From Lama guanicoe (Eukaryota), in the NCBI GenBank assembly GCA_013239625.1, contig MU054187.1, forward strand, positions 13,548,974 to 13,612,973: DNA of 64,000 nucleotides, given 5' to 3'. Numbering within the stretch: position 1 is the first letter of the stretch; every line of letters begins with the position of its first letter. The translations under genes were made by a program, and so were the position numbers. The notes beneath the pieces were generated by a model. That model was not told the origin of the DNA. It did not search any database and saw nothing but the letters and a program-made list of their open reading frames with translations. This document shows positions 63,931 to 64,000 of this stretch, in pieces.

Positions 63931-64000
63931 GTATTTATTTATGATCAGTGCATTTTTATTGCTCAATTGACTCAAAAAAGAATGATTAATCCAAATGTCA

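Overview
Mammalian genomic DNA, very probably camelid: it carries two Vic-1-type tRNA-derived SINEs and many cetartiodactyl/camelid L1 3' ends. The only protein-coding sequence I can support is coding exon 1 of TRPA1 (minus strand, 3634->3524, MKRSLRKMLRPGEKKEPQGVVYQGVEDDMDDSKDSFK, GT donor). It sits in a CpG-island promoter. Positions 1-3523 are intron 1, and exon 2 was not found, so it presumably lies left of the window. The remaining ~60 kb is apparently gene-free upstream sequence dominated by transposon relics: L1, L2, MIR, MaLR/ERVL LTRs, and hAT and Tigger DNA transposons, several nested and with readable target-site duplications. I see no new protein-coding or multi-gene system. The best leads are regulatory or structural: a 12-bp CpG-rich repeat and weak start/splice signals at TRPA1, a perfect RFX X-box in intron 1, a kB/HRE-like cluster, divergently oriented CTCF-like motifs (possible domain boundary), and a perfect 15-bp inverted repeat made of two X-box-like arms. 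Repeat family names come from recalled consensus sequences, and repeat boundaries without a TSD are approximate.
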